IMG/VR virus record: IMGVR_UViG_3300021425_000072
Coordinates: 1-41,030 of that record
Reading direction: 5' to 3' (one strand)
Source: a virus
Taxonomy: Duplodnaviria; Caudoviricetes
DNA: 41,030 nucleotides
The position numbers and the translations under genes are program-made. Of this stretch, positions 1 to 8,750 are shown piece after piece (position 1 is the stretch's first letter; each line of letters opens with the position of its first letter). The notes under the pieces are model-generated. The model saw only the letters and a list, made by a program, of their open reading frames with translations. It had not been told where the DNA came from and did no database searches.

Positions 1-2139
1 GCAGATCAAAAAATTACTGCTATCACTATCAAAAATAATATTGATGGTGTGTATCGTGTATTTGGTTATGGTGATTATGATGTAGAGAAAGCACTTATCC
101 AACCTGTAAAATATTATAAGTTTGATGACGAGTATCAACTGCTCTTAAAGTTCTTGGATATCTGGCAAGCATATATGCCTGACGTGGTTACAGGTTGGAA
201 TGTACGTTTCTTTGATATTCCCTATCTTGTTAATCGTGTTGCTAAAATACTTGGTGTAGATCAGGCAAAGAAGTTCAGTCCTTGGGGCATGATTGACTAT
301 CGTGAAGTCACACGTATGAACAAAAAGGATATGACCTATGAGATTCAGGGTGTTGCCACTCTTGACTACCTTGAACTGTTTCAAAAATATGGATATGCTT
401 ATGGTAAGCAGGAATCGTATTCACTGAATCATATCTCGTATGTCGTGCTCGGTGAAAAGAAACTTTCCTATGAAGAAAGTGGTTCACTCAAAAACCTTTA
501 TGTTGATGACTTCCAAAAGTATATCGACTATAACATGAAAGATGTTCAACTCGTTGATCGTATTGAAGATAAGATGGGTTTGATTACATTGATCATGACC
601 GTGGCATATAAGGGTGGTGTAAACTACAGGGATGCTTTCGGTGTAACAGGTATATGGGAATCTATCATCTATCGTAAACTAAATCGTGATAAGATTGCTC
701 CACCTGCAGGTAAGTCTGACTCTGTAAAGGGTGGACAGTTTGCTGGTGGTTATGTTAAAGAACCTATGGTCGGTTCTCATGATTGGGTTGTTTCGTTTGA
801 CTTAAATAGTCTATATCCTAATATCATTGTACAGTGGAATATGTCCCCAGAAACTTTGAAAAGGGAAAATACTACAACCAGTGGTGTAGACCATTATCTA
901 CAGTTCTTCGGTACGGATAGCGATCCTATTCATCCTGTTGCTCGTCAAAAAGATTTGGCAGTTGCGACCAACGGTTCTACATACAGCAAAGAAAAAGATG
1001 GCGTTATCCCTAATCTGATTATCGAATATTATGATGATCGTCGGTCTGCTAAGAACCAGATGCTTGCTGCTGAACAGGCATATGAAAAAGAAAAGACGTA
1101 TGAACTAGAGAAAGAAATTAATCGACTACAAAACCAACAGATGGCGATTAAGATTCTTATGAACTCTTTGTATGGTGCACTTGGTAACCAATATTTTAAA
1201 TATTTTGATCTACAGGTTGCGGAGGGTGTAACTCTTACTGGTCAGATGGTTATCCAGTGGGCAGAACGTGCCATGAACAAAGCAATGAATGAGGTATTAA
1301 AAACCAATGGAAAAGATTACGTTATTGCTATTGATACCGATTCTCTTTATGTTAATTTCGCTCCCCTTGTAAAACAACTCAATCCTAAAGACCCTGTGAA
1401 GTTTCTTGACAAGATATGTCAGGAACACTTTGAACCTATCATCGGTAATTCATATAAAGATTTGTACAGTAAATTTAATTGTCACAAACCACGTATGGAA
1501 ATGGGTCGTGAGGTTATTGCGGATCGCGGTATATGGACTGCGAAAAAGCGATATATTCTGAACGTGCATAATAGTGAAGGTGTGCAGTATGCTGAACCGA
1601 AACTCAAGATCATGGGTATTGAAGCGATCAAATCCTCCACTCCAGAGGTTGTCCGAGATAAATTCAAAGAAATATTTAGGGTCATCATATCGGGCAACGA
1701 AAAGGATGCTCAGAACTTCATACAGAAATTCAAACAGGATTTCAAATCACTCCCACCCGAAGCAGTGGCATTTCCGAGGTCTGTCTCGAATATTACTGAC
1801 TGGAGTGATCGCAAAACTATTTACAAGAAGGGTACACCTATTCACGTTCGTGGGTCGCTCCTCTATAACAAAACGATAAAAGATTTTAAATTAAATAATA
1901 AATATGAACTCATTGTAAATGGTACAAGAATCAAATTCTGCTATCTTAAAATGCCAAACACACTCAAAGAAAATATCATCGCCTTTCCGGATGTTATTCC
2001 TAAAGAAGTGGCACTAGATAAGTTTGTAGATTATGAAAAGCAGTTTGATAAAACTTTTGTAGAACCACTTAAACCAATCCTCGATGCTATGAACTGGTCA
2101 ATCGAGGAACAATCAACACTGGAGGATTTTTTTGGATAA
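1..2139 (+). CDS. gp43: Family B DNA polymerase, T4 gp43-like (5' truncated by the window)
   Basis: Frame open from base 1. Exo motifs GWNVRFFDIPY and YNMKDV; polymerase motifs SFDLNSLYP, KILMNSLYG, DTDS and KKRY; C-terminal TLEDFFG clamp-binding-like tail. Confidence 0.98.
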   Translation, partial: ADQKITAITIKNNIDGVYRVFGYGDYDVEKALIQPVKYYKFDDEYQLLLKFLDIWQAYMPDVVTGWNVRFFDIPYLVNRVAKILGVDQAKKFSPWGMIDYREVTRMNKKDMTYEIQGVATLDYLELFQKYGYAYGKQESYSLNHISYVVLGEKKLSYEESGSLKNLYVDDFQKYIDYNMKDVQLVDRIEDKMGLITLIMTVAYKGGVNYRDAFGVTGIWESIIYRKLNRDKIAPPAGKSDSVKGGQFAGGYVKEPMVGSHDWVVSFDLNSLYPNIIVQWNMSPETLKRENTTTSGVDHYLQFFGTDSDPIHPVARQKDLAVATNGSTYSKEKDGVIPNLIIEYYDDRRSAKNQMLAAEQAYEKEKTYELEKEINRLQNQQMAIKILMNSLYGALGNQYFKYFDLQVAEGVTLTGQMVIQWAERAMNKAMNEVLKTNGKDYVIAIDTDSLYVNFAPLVKQLNPKDPVKFLDKICQEHFEPIIGNSYKDLYSKFNCHKPRMEMGREVIADRGIWTAKKRYILNVHNSEGVQYAEPKLKIMGIEAIKSSTPEVVRDKFKEIFRVIISGNEKDAQNFIQKFKQDFKSLPPEAVAFPRSVSNITDWSDRKTIYKKGTPIHVRGSLLYNKTIKDFKLNNKYELIVNGTRIKFCYLKMPNTLKENIIAFPDVIPKEVALDKFVDYEKQFDKTFVEPLKPILDAMNWSIEEQSTLEDFFG

Positions 2140-2527
2140 AACTAATTTTGAAATGGTCGGAGACTTTATGGAAACGTTCGGACAGGAAGTGAAAAAGGAT
2201 CCTGACTTTCCCAGCGAAGAAATTCAAAAACTAAGACTTGAGTTAATCGCCGAAGAACTAGAGGAGATGTGGGATGCGATTGAAAATAAAGACCTCGTCA
2301 GTGTTGCTGACGCTCTTACTGACATTTTGTATGTTACTTATGGTGCTGGTCATGCGTTCGGAATCGACCTTGATAGATGTTTCGCAGAGGTACAACGATC
2401 CAATATGAGCAAACTCGGTGAGGACGGCAAACCTATCTATAGGGAAGACGGTAAAGTTTTGAAAGGTCCAAATTATTCTGAACCAGACTTAAAAAACACT
2501 TTACTTTTTCCAGAAAACGTGATATAA
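2132..2527 (+). CDS. MazG/PRA-PH-like nucleoside triphosphate pyrophosphohydrolase (DR2231/dUTPase-like)
   Basis: EELEE...DALTD metal-binding helices and EVQRSNMSKL...DGKVLKGPNY; GGAGG RBS before the TTG start. Confidence 0.88.
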   Translation: MDKTNFEMVGDFMETFGQEVKKDPDFPSEEIQKLRLELIAEELEEMWDAIENKDLVSVADALTDILYVTYGAGHAFGIDLDRCFAEVQRSNMSKLGEDGKPIYREDGKVLKGPNYSEPDLKNTLLFPENVI

Positions 2528-2528
2528 T
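2500..2528 (+). promoter_or_regulatory. Early (sigma70-type) promoter before dam
   Basis: TTTACT-N17-TATAAT with extended TG. Confidence 0.8.
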
Positions 2529-2552
2529 ATATGCTCAAGATTGGAGTGTATT

Positions 2553-3398
2553 ATGGATTCATTGAAGCGACTGAAAACACCACTGAGATATCCAGGTGGA
2601 AAGTCTAGAGCAACTAAACAACTGGATAGTTACTTTCCGATTGTCGGTAACTATAGTAACTATCGTGAACCTTTTCTCGGTGGCGGTTCAGTCGCACTCT
2701 TTGTATCTAAAAAATACCCTAACCTAAATGTTTGGGTAAATGACAAATATTGGGAACTGTATAATTTTTGGAAGCATCTGCGTGATGATTCTATACACTT
2801 ACATAATGAAGTGATGTATCTTAAATCTGGTGCTAACTCAGACGAGAGTGCTAAAAGTCTATTCTTAGAATGTCGTGAAAAGATAAACACAGATATATCT
2901 GACTTTGAAAAGGCAGTTTGTTTTTATGTTATCAATAAATGCTCGTTCAGTGGTCTGACTCAATCGTCAGGATTCAGTCTTTCTTCTTCTCAAAGTAATT
3001 TCAGCATAAGAAGCATAAATACTTTATTAGAATATGCTGATATTATTAAGAACTGGAAAATTACTAATCTAGATTATTCTGATTTGCTTGATGATAGTCC
3101 TGATACCTTCGTATATCTTGACCCACCGTATGATATCAAAGATAGTTTGTATGGTAGGAAAGGTGATATGCATAAAGGGTTTGATCATGACTTATTTGCT
3201 GAACGATGTAACAAATCTTCATGTAGTCAATTAATATCTTATAATGCAGATGATAAAGTTACAGACCGTTTCGATGGTTGGAATATGGATGCATTTGATC
3301 TGACATATACTATGCGTTCGGTTGGTGACTATGTAAAAGAGCAAAAGAAACGCAAAGAACTTGTGATGTATAATTATGATATCTCTAACTATTTTTAA
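2553..3398 (+). CDS. dam: DNA adenine (N6) methyltransferase, Dam/D12 class
   Basis: LRYPGGKS, EPFLGGGSV (SAM binding), ND and catalytic YLDPPY; start moved to the ATG at 2553 after GGAG. Confidence 0.93.
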   Translation: MDSLKRLKTPLRYPGGKSRATKQLDSYFPIVGNYSNYREPFLGGGSVALFVSKKYPNLNVWVNDKYWELYNFWKHLRDDSIHLHNEVMYLKSGANSDESAKSLFLECREKINTDISDFEKAVCFYVINKCSFSGLTQSSGFSLSSSQSNFSIRSINTLLEYADIIKNWKITNLDYSDLLDDSPDTFVYLDPPYDIKDSLYGRKGDMHKGFDHDLFAERCNKSSCSQLISYNADDKVTDRFDGWNMDAFDLTYTMRSVGDYVKEQKKRKELVMYNYDISNYF

Positions 3399-4305
3399 AA
3401 ACATATTTGATAATAAAACTGACAAACGTATGGATTTCCCTGATTTCCCTGCGTTTGAAAAGTTCCTATATAAATTATCAGATGAAAACTTAGAGTCTAA
3501 AAAAGACGCAGTGTTAATGTCTCCTGCTGTTTACACTCCTGATACTACTCGTAAAAATGTTAATGTCATCGAGTGGGCAGGTTGGGCAGCAGTAGACGTT
3601 GACGATTATATTTGCAAGAAGGAACTAAAAGATGATTTGGTTGAACGTTTCGGTAGTCATTATTTCGTTTGCTATAGCACAGCTAGCAGCACGATACGTC
3701 AGGCAAAGTTTAGAATTGTCTTCCCACTTACGACATCGGTTGAACGAGACAAAATCAAGCACTTCTGGTTCGCTCTTAACTCAGAACTCGGCGACCTCGC
3801 AGATAAGCAGACTAAAGACTTATCAAGAATGTATTACATCCCTGCGAGGTATGCTGTCGCTCATAACTTTATTTTTTCTAATCGAGATGGTGATTATATT
3901 GATCCTAATCAATTAATGAGAAAGCATGCTTATGCAGAAAAATCAAATCTCAACTCCTTCTTTGACAGACTCCCCGAAGAAATTCAAAAAGAAGTCATCA
4001 AACATCGAAAAGAAAAACTTGACCAGACTGATGTTCAATGGTCGTCCTATCGTGATTGTCCCTTCTTCCCTCGCAATTTGGAAGCAGAATACAGATCGAT
4101 AAGTAACACTGGTTGGTACCATAAAATGTTTCAAATTATGGTATCAGTTGCTGGTAATGCTATCAAAAGAAAATATCCTATCAGTGCTGCCGAGATATCT
4201 AAGATGTGTCGTGAGTTAGATTCGGAAACTGGTAACTGGTATGCCCACCGTCCTATGGATAAAGAGGCAGATCGAGCGCTTGAATACGTCTATAAAAATA
4301 TGTAA
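3376..4305 (+). CDS. Putative archaeo-eukaryotic primase (prim-pol)-like protein
   Basis: DVDD acidic motif, YSTASS, KFRIVFPL, KDLSRMYYIP and a helical C-terminal region resemble AEP/prim-pol-type phage proteins. Confidence 0.6.
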   Translation: MISLTIFKNIFDNKTDKRMDFPDFPAFEKFLYKLSDENLESKKDAVLMSPAVYTPDTTRKNVNVIEWAGWAAVDVDDYICKKELKDDLVERFGSHYFVCYSTASSTIRQAKFRIVFPLTTSVERDKIKHFWFALNSELGDLADKQTKDLSRMYYIPARYAVAHNFIFSNRDGDYIDPNQLMRKHAYAEKSNLNSFFDRLPEEIQKEVIKHRKEKLDQTDVQWSSYRDCPFFPRNLEAEYRSISNTGWYHKMFQIMVSVAGNAIKRKYPISAAEISKMCRELDSETGNWYAHRPMDKEADRALEYVYKNM

Positions 4306-4334
4306 ACTTTTTTTCTTTTTATTTCATTTTTTCC

Positions 4335-4363
4335 TTTACTATTATCGAAAAGTATGATATAAT
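4335..4363 (+). promoter_or_regulatory. Early promoter
   Basis: TTTACT-N17-TATAAT, extended TG, T-rich upstream tract. Confidence 0.85.
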
Positions 4364-4399
4364 ATAAGGGTAGAGAGTTTTAATTGAGAGGAAAATATT

Positions 4400-4660
4400 A
4401 TGACTATTCATTCAACAAAGATTAATGATACAACTGGTGTTTGGTATTTGAACGCAGACTTCGGAGGTCTTTCACTTACAGCACGTGATGACGATCGTTT
4501 CTGGAGCAAAAGTGTTTCTGAGTTAGTTTCTTTTGTAAGAGAAAAGGGTCTAGCGACTACCGTTATGGGTGGTTCTTCTATGGACTTTGCTGCTGACGAA
4601 GGTTTCGCCGATGATGACGGTGCTGAGAAATTATGGCAGCAAGTTGTAGAGGCACTTTAA
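4400..4660 (+). CDS. Hypothetical early protein
   Basis: 86 aa ORF with GAGAGG RBS directly downstream of the early promoter at 4335-4363. Confidence 0.75.
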   Translation: MTIHSTKINDTTGVWYLNADFGGLSLTARDDDRFWSKSVSELVSFVREKGLATTVMGGSSMDFAADEGFADDDGAEKLWQQVVEAL

Positions 4661-4662
4661 TA

Positions 4663-4815
4663 ATGGATTATGATACAACTGAAGAAATAAAATTCTTAGG
4701 TATGACTATGACTGAGTTTCAAACTACTCCGATTCATAGGTATGATGAAGAAGATTGTGATTGTTATGGTTGTGCTACAATGCGCCATAAATGTTTGTAT
4801 GAAGATAAGGAATAA
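4663..4815 (+). CDS. Small hypothetical protein with CxCxxC motif
   Basis: ATG at 4663 just after the previous stop; 50 aa. Confidence 0.5.
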   Translation: MDYDTTEEIKFLGMTMTEFQTTPIHRYDEEDCDCYGCATMRHKCLYEDKE

Positions 4816-4816
4816 T

Positions 4817-5545
4817 ATGATGGAAAAGTTTTACGTTTATTTTGGTGAGTATATCGATTTGTTTAAGTCGCAAAGCACAGCACTTCCTTACAGGAAGGTT
4901 GGTTTCACTACTAACTTAGAACAACGCGAATATCAGTTGAATAGAACCAAAGGTCCAGTTGGTTATAGTTACATTGCTGCTTGGGAATGTCCTGACAAAC
5001 AGTCTATGCATGACCTAGAGTGGGTTGTACATAATTTTAATTCTGGTTCAAGGTGTGATAAGACTGAGTGGTTCGAAGATCCTGAGAATAATATTTTAGA
5101 TGAGATGGATGCCTATTGTAATCGTATGGGTTATCCTAGAGTTCCACTAGAAGGCAATGAAGTTGAGCAAAAGATTGTTCGAGAACGTGAATCTGCCAAT
5201 GAAATGATAAAACGTCTTGTTGGTATGGTAGATATCCCGAATAATTCTATTTGGATTAACTCTATTAGAAAAATAACACTTGATGGATTCCCTGCCTCTA
5301 AGTCTCCGATCGAAGTAATTCCTCAGAACCAAGTCTTGTCTATATATTTTAGAAATTCTGAATATGAGATTGATCAAGTGGCAGAGATGCTTAGTGTTTC
5401 AAAGGAATCTATAATTGTTTCTGGTGATAAGTTGAAATACAGTGCTCCAAGATACCATAGGGAAACTGATGAACGTAAAGTTGAAATTGTTCAAGAATAT
5501 ATGGAAAAGATAAAGAATTCACTTTACATAAATAACAATGTATGA
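4817..5545 (+). CDS. GIY-YIG superfamily (T5orf172/MUG113-like) nuclease, possible homing endonuclease
   Basis: FYVYF...KVGFTTNLEQR..QL, conserved E..VH and EWF; AAGGA RBS before ATG 4817. Confidence 0.7.
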   Translation: MMEKFYVYFGEYIDLFKSQSTALPYRKVGFTTNLEQREYQLNRTKGPVGYSYIAAWECPDKQSMHDLEWVVHNFNSGSRCDKTEWFEDPENNILDEMDAYCNRMGYPRVPLEGNEVEQKIVRERESANEMIKRLVGMVDIPNNSIWINSIRKITLDGFPASKSPIEVIPQNQVLSIYFRNSEYEIDQVAEMLSVSKESIIVSGDKLKYSAPRYHRETDERKVEIVQEYMEKIKNSLYINNNV

Positions 5546-5551
5546 TATAAT
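5523..5551 (+). promoter_or_regulatory. Early promoter before TET/JBP
   Basis: TTTACA-N17-TATAAT, extended TG. Confidence 0.85.
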
Positions 5552-5569
5552 AACTCATGGAGGATTTTC

Positions 5570-6919
5570 ATGTTTAATGAAGAAATGATTGATGGTATCC
5601 GAACCATCACAGCAACACGCAAAGTAGATTGTGAGCATCTACTCAATGAGTTTCTAGACGATACTCACTTTGATATGATTGTAGATGGTGATGCAGATTT
5701 TTATGCACCACCTGTTTCTACAGTTGATGGTGCGTTCAATAGCGAAGAGAATCTTGGATTTCGCTTTCGCAAGAACGTGTTTACCAAAGAAGAGATGGAT
5801 GGTGCCTATGATGGTTTGATCGGTGCTGCCACTTTATCAAACAATCGTGGTACGTCTACTGGAACTATCGGTACACAGAAGCAAGGCAATCGTGATTGGG
5901 TTTTCCCTTGGCAAGAAGATATTATGAAACTTCTGCAAAGTAATAATCTTGAAGGTAAAACACCTCAAGATATTATGGACGACTATGTAAAGAAAAACGG
6001 TGATCTTAATTTTCACTGGGACAAACGTGCGTCACTATGGCATCGTGGTAAGATTGCTCAGGCAGGATATGAGTATGACAACTTCTTTTTAAATCTATTA
6101 CAGAATGATCAACTTACTGTTGAAAAGATTAAAGAGATCAAGAAGTTCATTACAGATACAAAATATACAGCAGCAATCCACTCTGGTATCGCTGGGTTCT
6201 ATGATCGGTATCCTCGTATTCCATTTGGTCGTGCGACTAATTACACCGAGCAGAACATGGGTAAGTTTGAAAAGTGTTATCCATATATGCGTAAACTCAA
6301 CAGCATGTTTGCTGAACTGGTTCCTGAGAGATATGCACGTCAAAAGAAAGTTGCAGAAGCATTAGATAAACGGTTTATTGTAGCAGAAGATACTGCGTTT
6401 TCTACTATCACTGTAAACAAAAACTATCGTACAACTGCGCATCGTGACGGTGCTAACTATGTTCCAGGATTTTCTAATCTATCTACCGTTACTAAAGGTG
6501 ACATCGGTTGGGAAGGTGGTTTGTTTGTACTGCCAGAATATCGTGTAGCAGTTAATCTACGTCCAGGAGATGCGTTGCTAGTAAATAATGCTGGTATCAT
6601 TCATGGTAACACTGAACTGATTCCACCTGCTGGTCTTGATATTGAAGATATGGAACGTATCTCTATGGTGTCATATATGCGTGACGGTATGCAGGAACTC
6701 AAATCAAAAGAGTACGAAACTGCTCGCTATGAGTATGTTGAGTCTCGTCGACTGAATCCTGACCATCCACTACAACGCACTAAGTGGAACGGCATCAGCG
6801 AAGGTATGTGGGCAGAAGATGAGTGGAATGATTTCCTAGTCTCTAAAGGTATGATCGACGAAGATGGACTTGTAGGAAATAAAAAGGCAGAAGTATCTTC
6901 ACTTGATGACTTCTTTTAA
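5570..6919 (+). CDS. TET/JBP-family Fe(II)/2-oxoglutarate methylpyrimidine dioxygenase
   Basis: HxD (TAHRDGAN), LRPGDALL, distal H (IHGNT) and the Rx5-aromatic signature (RISMVSY); C-terminal SLDDFF. Confidence 0.88.
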   Translation: MFNEEMIDGIRTITATRKVDCEHLLNEFLDDTHFDMIVDGDADFYAPPVSTVDGAFNSEENLGFRFRKNVFTKEEMDGAYDGLIGAATLSNNRGTSTGTIGTQKQGNRDWVFPWQEDIMKLLQSNNLEGKTPQDIMDDYVKKNGDLNFHWDKRASLWHRGKIAQAGYEYDNFFLNLLQNDQLTVEKIKEIKKFITDTKYTAAIHSGIAGFYDRYPRIPFGRATNYTEQNMGKFEKCYPYMRKLNSMFAELVPERYARQKKVAEALDKRFIVAEDTAFSTITVNKNYRTTAHRDGANYVPGFSNLSTVTKGDIGWEGGLFVLPEYRVAVNLRPGDALLVNNAGIIHGNTELIPPAGLDIEDMERISMVSYMRDGMQELKSKEYETARYEYVESRRLNPDHPLQRTKWNGISEGMWAEDEWNDFLVSKGMIDEDGLVGNKKAEVSSLDDFF

Positions 6920-6920
6920 G

Positions 6921-6949
6921 TTTACTTTCTACTCGAATTATGATATAAT
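6921..6949 (+). promoter_or_regulatory. Early promoter before the nucleotidyltransferase-kinase
   Basis: TTTACT-N17-TATAAT; ATG starts 7 nt after the -10. Confidence 0.85.
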
Positions 6950-6955
6950 AGTGAT

Positions 6956-8404
6956 ATGATAAATTGTATAATTCCAAGTGCAGGTGCAGCATCTAGATTC
7001 AAAGATCTAGGTAAAGCATATCCGAAATCTTTGCTACCATACCATGGCAAACCGATCATACAGCATAACATCGAGAAGTTGTATGATCAGGTTGACATGT
7101 TCACCATCGTTGTCAAACGAAAATATCTCGATATGTATTCAGAGATACTCGGTATGTATCCTACATTTGATAAGGTTACATTGACCATTCCCGACGAATC
7201 TAAGAACGAAGGTCCACTTACCAGTGTTTGGTCGGGTCGTCGTGAATGTGATGACGTGCTTATCGTTCTATCCGATATCATTATCGAAGATGAAGTCAAA
7301 CTTGATAAACACTTTCTATCCTATCAAATAGTACATGACTGGGAACGGTGGTGCTTGGTTGCTCCAGGTATCGAACTGTTTGATAAACCTAAAGAACGTC
7401 CTGCGGTTGAAGAACTGTGGGCGTTGAATGGTTTGTATTATGTTTCGCAGGAGGACTTCCTTCATATCGGCGATATCATTAACAATCCTATCAACGAAGA
7501 AACTCAATTTTCTTTTTGGTTAAAAGATATTGATGATCTAGAACTTCATGAGTTTTCTGTTCGTGACTTTGGTACTCTTGAGGAATATATCAACGAGCGA
7601 AAAGTTCCTGCCTGTCGCCACTTCAATGAAATCATGAGTGACGAGTACACTGTGATCAAAAGTTCAAGCGATAAGAACAAGATCTATAAAGAATATGCTT
7701 GGTTTCAAAACATACCACCCATACTCAAACCATATACTGTAAGAACGTTTGGTATCCGTTACGAACCACAGTTTGCATATACTATGGAAGCAGTCGGTAA
7801 TCCTACATTGCGTGATTATTTGATATTTCTTGGACTAGATAATTTCTCAGACTTCCTGCGTGAGGTTCGTGGTTACATCGAGCGAGAACGACATTACAAA
7901 GGTGCTGGCGACTTCTTCAGAGAAGTCAAAACTAAAACGCATGATCGTATGAAAGTCATATTTGATTACGATAAGATTCAAAAGGTTTGTGGTATGCTTG
8001 ATGATCATGAAAAGATTATTAACCAGAACACCTCGATCATGCACGGAGATATGGTTGCCAGTAACATATTCTATAACGAAAGAACAAACGAAATTAAACT
8101 GATTGACCCAAAGGGTGACTTGTACGGTTCTTTCCTGTATGACCTAGCAAAACTCAATCAAACATTTACGACTCCATATGATTTTATCGATGGCGGTTTG
8201 TATGTTGATGATTATGTCTACAAGAACCACCAGAAAAAATACGAGGATCAGTGGAGACATTGGTTACATGAACACTATGGAGAGTTCGTAGAAACTATAG
8301 ATGTTCTCACTATTAGTCTGATGTGCAGTCTTATACCTTTACACTCAGATAATATAAAGAATCAAAAATTATATAAAGATTGGTGCGATGATATATTGCT
8401 TTGA
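6956..8404 (+). CDS. Sugar-phosphate nucleotidyltransferase fused to an APH/choline-kinase-like phosphotransferase
   Basis: N-terminal IIPSAGAASRF..PKSLL..GKPII and DFGTLEEY (NTP transferase); C-terminal HGDMVASNI, LIDPKG, YDLAKL (kinase). Confidence 0.88.
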   Translation: MINCIIPSAGAASRFKDLGKAYPKSLLPYHGKPIIQHNIEKLYDQVDMFTIVVKRKYLDMYSEILGMYPTFDKVTLTIPDESKNEGPLTSVWSGRRECDDVLIVLSDIIIEDEVKLDKHFLSYQIVHDWERWCLVAPGIELFDKPKERPAVEELWALNGLYYVSQEDFLHIGDIINNPINEETQFSFWLKDIDDLELHEFSVRDFGTLEEYINERKVPACRHFNEIMSDEYTVIKSSSDKNKIYKEYAWFQNIPPILKPYTVRTFGIRYEPQFAYTMEAVGNPTLRDYLIFLGLDNFSDFLREVRGYIERERHYKGAGDFFREVKTKTHDRMKVIFDYDKIQKVCGMLDDHEKIINQNTSIMHGDMVASNIFYNERTNEIKLIDPKGDLYGSFLYDLAKLNQTFTTPYDFIDGGLYVDDYVYKNHQKKYEDQWRHWLHEHYGEFVETIDVLTISLMCSLIPLHSDNIKNQKLYKDWCDDILL

Positions 8405-8729
8405 CTTAGATGACACAATCTGCTTTCCTAACCATGATGCAGAAACTACTCATGAAAAGTATGCTTTGGCAACTCCTAATGAAGAAGTCATCAGTGCGAT
8501 AAATAAACTAAAGGTTGGGAACACCATAATAATCTATACTGCTAGACGTATGTTAACTCATAATGGTGATCTAGATAAAATTTATAAAGACGTTGGTAAG
8601 GTTACAGTGGATTGGTTGAAGAAACATAACGTACCATACGATGATATAATATTTGGTAAACCATATGCCGATGTTTATGTCGACGACAAAGCACTCAATG
8701 TTGACAAAATTAAGACTTTACTTAATTGA
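8388..8729 (+). CDS. Capless HAD phosphatase (EcbF/BcbF capsule-biosynthesis phosphatase type)
   Basis: FDLDDTI, YTAR, GKP, YVDDKA motifs; 113 aa; overlaps the upstream gene. Confidence 0.88.
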   Translation: MIYCFDLDDTICFPNHDAETTHEKYALATPNEEVISAINKLKVGNTIIIYTARRMLTHNGDLDKIYKDVGKVTVDWLKKHNVPYDDIIFGKPYADVYVDDKALNVDKIKTLLN

Positions 8730-8745
8730 TAAAATATAGTATAAT
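8717..8745 (+). promoter_or_regulatory. Early promoter before the glycosyltransferase
   Basis: TTTACT-N17-TATAAT. Confidence 0.8.
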
Positions 8746-8750
8746 AAGGA

